In this document: piece by piece, positions 61,986-64,000 of the stretch
How positions within the stretch are numbered: position 1 is the first letter of the stretch
Layout: every line of letters starts with the position of its first letter
Assembly: GCA_964016885.1 (NCBI GenBank)
Contig: OZ024740.1
Coordinates: 74,524,001 to 74,588,000 of the forward strand
Source: Eledone cirrhosa
Lineage: Eukaryota
Length of the DNA: 64,000 nucleotides
Direction: 5' to 3'
Translations under genes and position numbers: made by a program
The notes under the pieces: generated by a model
What the model was told of the DNA's origin: nothing
Seen by the model: the letters and a program-made list of their open reading frames with translations, nothing else
The model's database searches: none

Positions 61986-62233
61986 CTGCTGCAAGGGAAT
62001 GGTGAAAAAACTATGCTGTGTGTGAGTGCATGTGTATGTGTGTGCGCTTGTGTGAATGTATGTCTGTGAGTGTGCATTTTTGTAAGTGTGTTTGCGCGTT
62101 TATATTTATATACTCATACATATAAATGTATGCATATGCACATACACACATGCACACACATATACACATACTCGTCAGTGTATGGAAAAAAATTCTAGTT
62201 ACCAAAATTATTGTAAAGAAACATCATACTAAC

Positions 62234-62401
62234 TTCAACTGCTGATAATATAATCAAATGCTGAACATCTCTCCATGTTAGACAGGGTTGTATTTCCAGC
62301 AATAATGCAATCATTCCTGCTGCAATTGGGGCTGCAGCACTTGTTCCTGTATGAAATTTGGTGCAGCCATTCCCTGTGTTTTTATACCAGTCAGTAGTCA
62401 C
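62234..62401 (-). CDS. PCSK7: PC7 exon with catalytic serine
   Basis: tgacag| [56 protein letters not shown] |gttagt. Confidence 0.95.
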
Positions 62402-64000
62402 CTGTCATAAATTAATACAGCGAGAAATGTTTTAATGATCAAAATGAAGTTCATATATTAAAACTTTTTTTTGTTATCACATTTAAAATGAAATACACTG
62501 ACAATGATTTTCAAATAATAAAAGAATTGGGTTTGATTTAATAATTAAGTTTCTCATTATTAAACTGGTATTTTTTTCAACCCTGGAGCCCAGTAAATAA
62601 ATCATTATTAAACTGGTGTTTGGAACATAAACTTAAAGGTTCTAGTATAAAATTATGGTGTAAGACTTTTAGATAAATATAAACATCTTAAAACAAAGTT
62701 TTGTTTTAGAGCCAAGGCCAGTTTCAGGCAGTTTGGTATGAAGTGTTAATCTATGCAAATTATTCATTAATTGAAATAACTATTATCTTCTTTGCCCACT
62801 TTTCCTGAGAGAGTCATGGGAGCAGAGTCCTCAAACACTCCTTCCAGCAGGTCCTGTCAGAAGCAAACCTCTCCAACTGATTTGGCAGGATACCCAAGTG
62901 AGACTAGCCAAGCTCATGGATGTTATCCAACCATCTTGCTCGGAGTCTCCTGTCAGTTGGTTTTGCCTGTAAAATCTGTTCAATGATTCTTTTCTGAGGC
63001 ATTCTAACCACATGCCCATACTATTGGAGCTGTGATCTCTCAATTCGGAGTAGTAGCGGCTCTACCTGGAGTGACTCTCTGATCTCCAAGCTACTATTAT
63101 CTATAACAAATTTACATCATAATCTCATTAACATAAAGGCTACCAAATACTATATTCATAAGATGTTAATATCTTATGAAAGCACATATGCACTCACATA
63201 CAATATGTTTATGTATAATAAACATACTGATAGTTTTACTCTGAGTATTCAAATTGTGGACATTTTAGATGCATTTAAATGCCTTTACACATCGTTAACA
63301 GACACACCTACTTCTGACTGTTGAAGTGTGGAAGATAATGTCTTCTTATAGACTTTATAAACAAAATATTTGTGATGAAGATACATTAATATTTAGTGCA
63401 AGCTTGTGTATCAATGTTTGCAATAAGAGCATGATGATGATATGTAAAAGCATAAATGATCCCACATACGAATTGAAATGCATCTGCTGCTCTTACTCTA
63501 GTTGCTGAGACTGCTGCAGCATGTTCATACATGTGAGACTAAATTAATGTTTAATATATATGAACATATGTAAATCCATGCTAGTATGGAAAAAGTGAAC
63601 TTTAGATGAATAATAAAAATGATGATATATATAGGTCCATATACACACTGTGTTAGTACTATCACTCCATCCTAGATGCTCACTCCGCCTGTTGTAGACT
63701 GCGCATCAACATGAGATATTCTTCTCCACAACGTTTGATCACCAACAGCAGAGTTTAAAGAGCAAAGGTCAAGTCCAGTCCATAAGTTGCCAGTGTTTTT
63801 GGCTGACAACCTTAATGGCTAACTTTCCTTCTAGGCATAACTTACTCACACCAATCACATCAGTTATCAAGTCAAGAGTACTTAAACTATATGGTCATAT
63901 CAGAAAACCAACTGTCACTAATTAAAACTAAAAACTTGCACTAAATATAAATAAGCTTTTACCATGATTAGTTATGATAAAGTCATTCTCAAGGCTTAAA

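Larger units (their letters stand above)
46361..62401 (-). other. PCSK7: PCSK7-like gene span (last 8 coding exons; 5' part outside the window)
   Basis: In-frame GT-AG exon chain: catalytic Ser motif, P domain with RRGQL instead of furin-type RRGDL, no Cys-rich furin repeats, TM helix and cytosolic tail. Confidence 0.88.

Noticed and set aside
46361-62401. Furin or PC5/6 identity for the convertase
   Set aside because: It lacks RRGDL and Cys-rich repeats; HSHKHGFG, AWRLVNAA and FSTVRCWGE match PC7.

Overview
AT-rich, microsatellite- and retroelement-dense animal genomic DNA. The repeat families suggest an octopod cephalopod (inference, not checked). Two convergent spliced genes are reconstructable with GT-AG junctions and continuous reading phase: a complete TOMM40 (+, 7 coding exons, 8669-25499, 337 aa) and the 3' part of a PCSK7-type proprotein convertase (-, 8 exons, 62401 down to 46361; its 5' exons lie beyond the window). 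The rest is decayed RTE and CR1 LINEs, tRNA-derived and RTE-derived SINE-like elements, a Buster/Charlie-type hAT with an 8-bp TSD, a mariner, piggyBac-like MITEs, a Helitron and minisatellites. The main unexplained signal is a set of hammerhead-ribozyme-like motifs from several unrelated families, mostly in inverted-repeat elements beside (TA)n tracts, consistent with Penelope-like or retrozyme elements. These include two divergent hammerheads around an octamer array (4449-5078), a well-formed type I motif (43988-44058) and a candidate non-circularly permuted hammerhead on the PCSK7 pre-mRNA strand (54495-54570). All folds were read by eye and none has been tested for activity.
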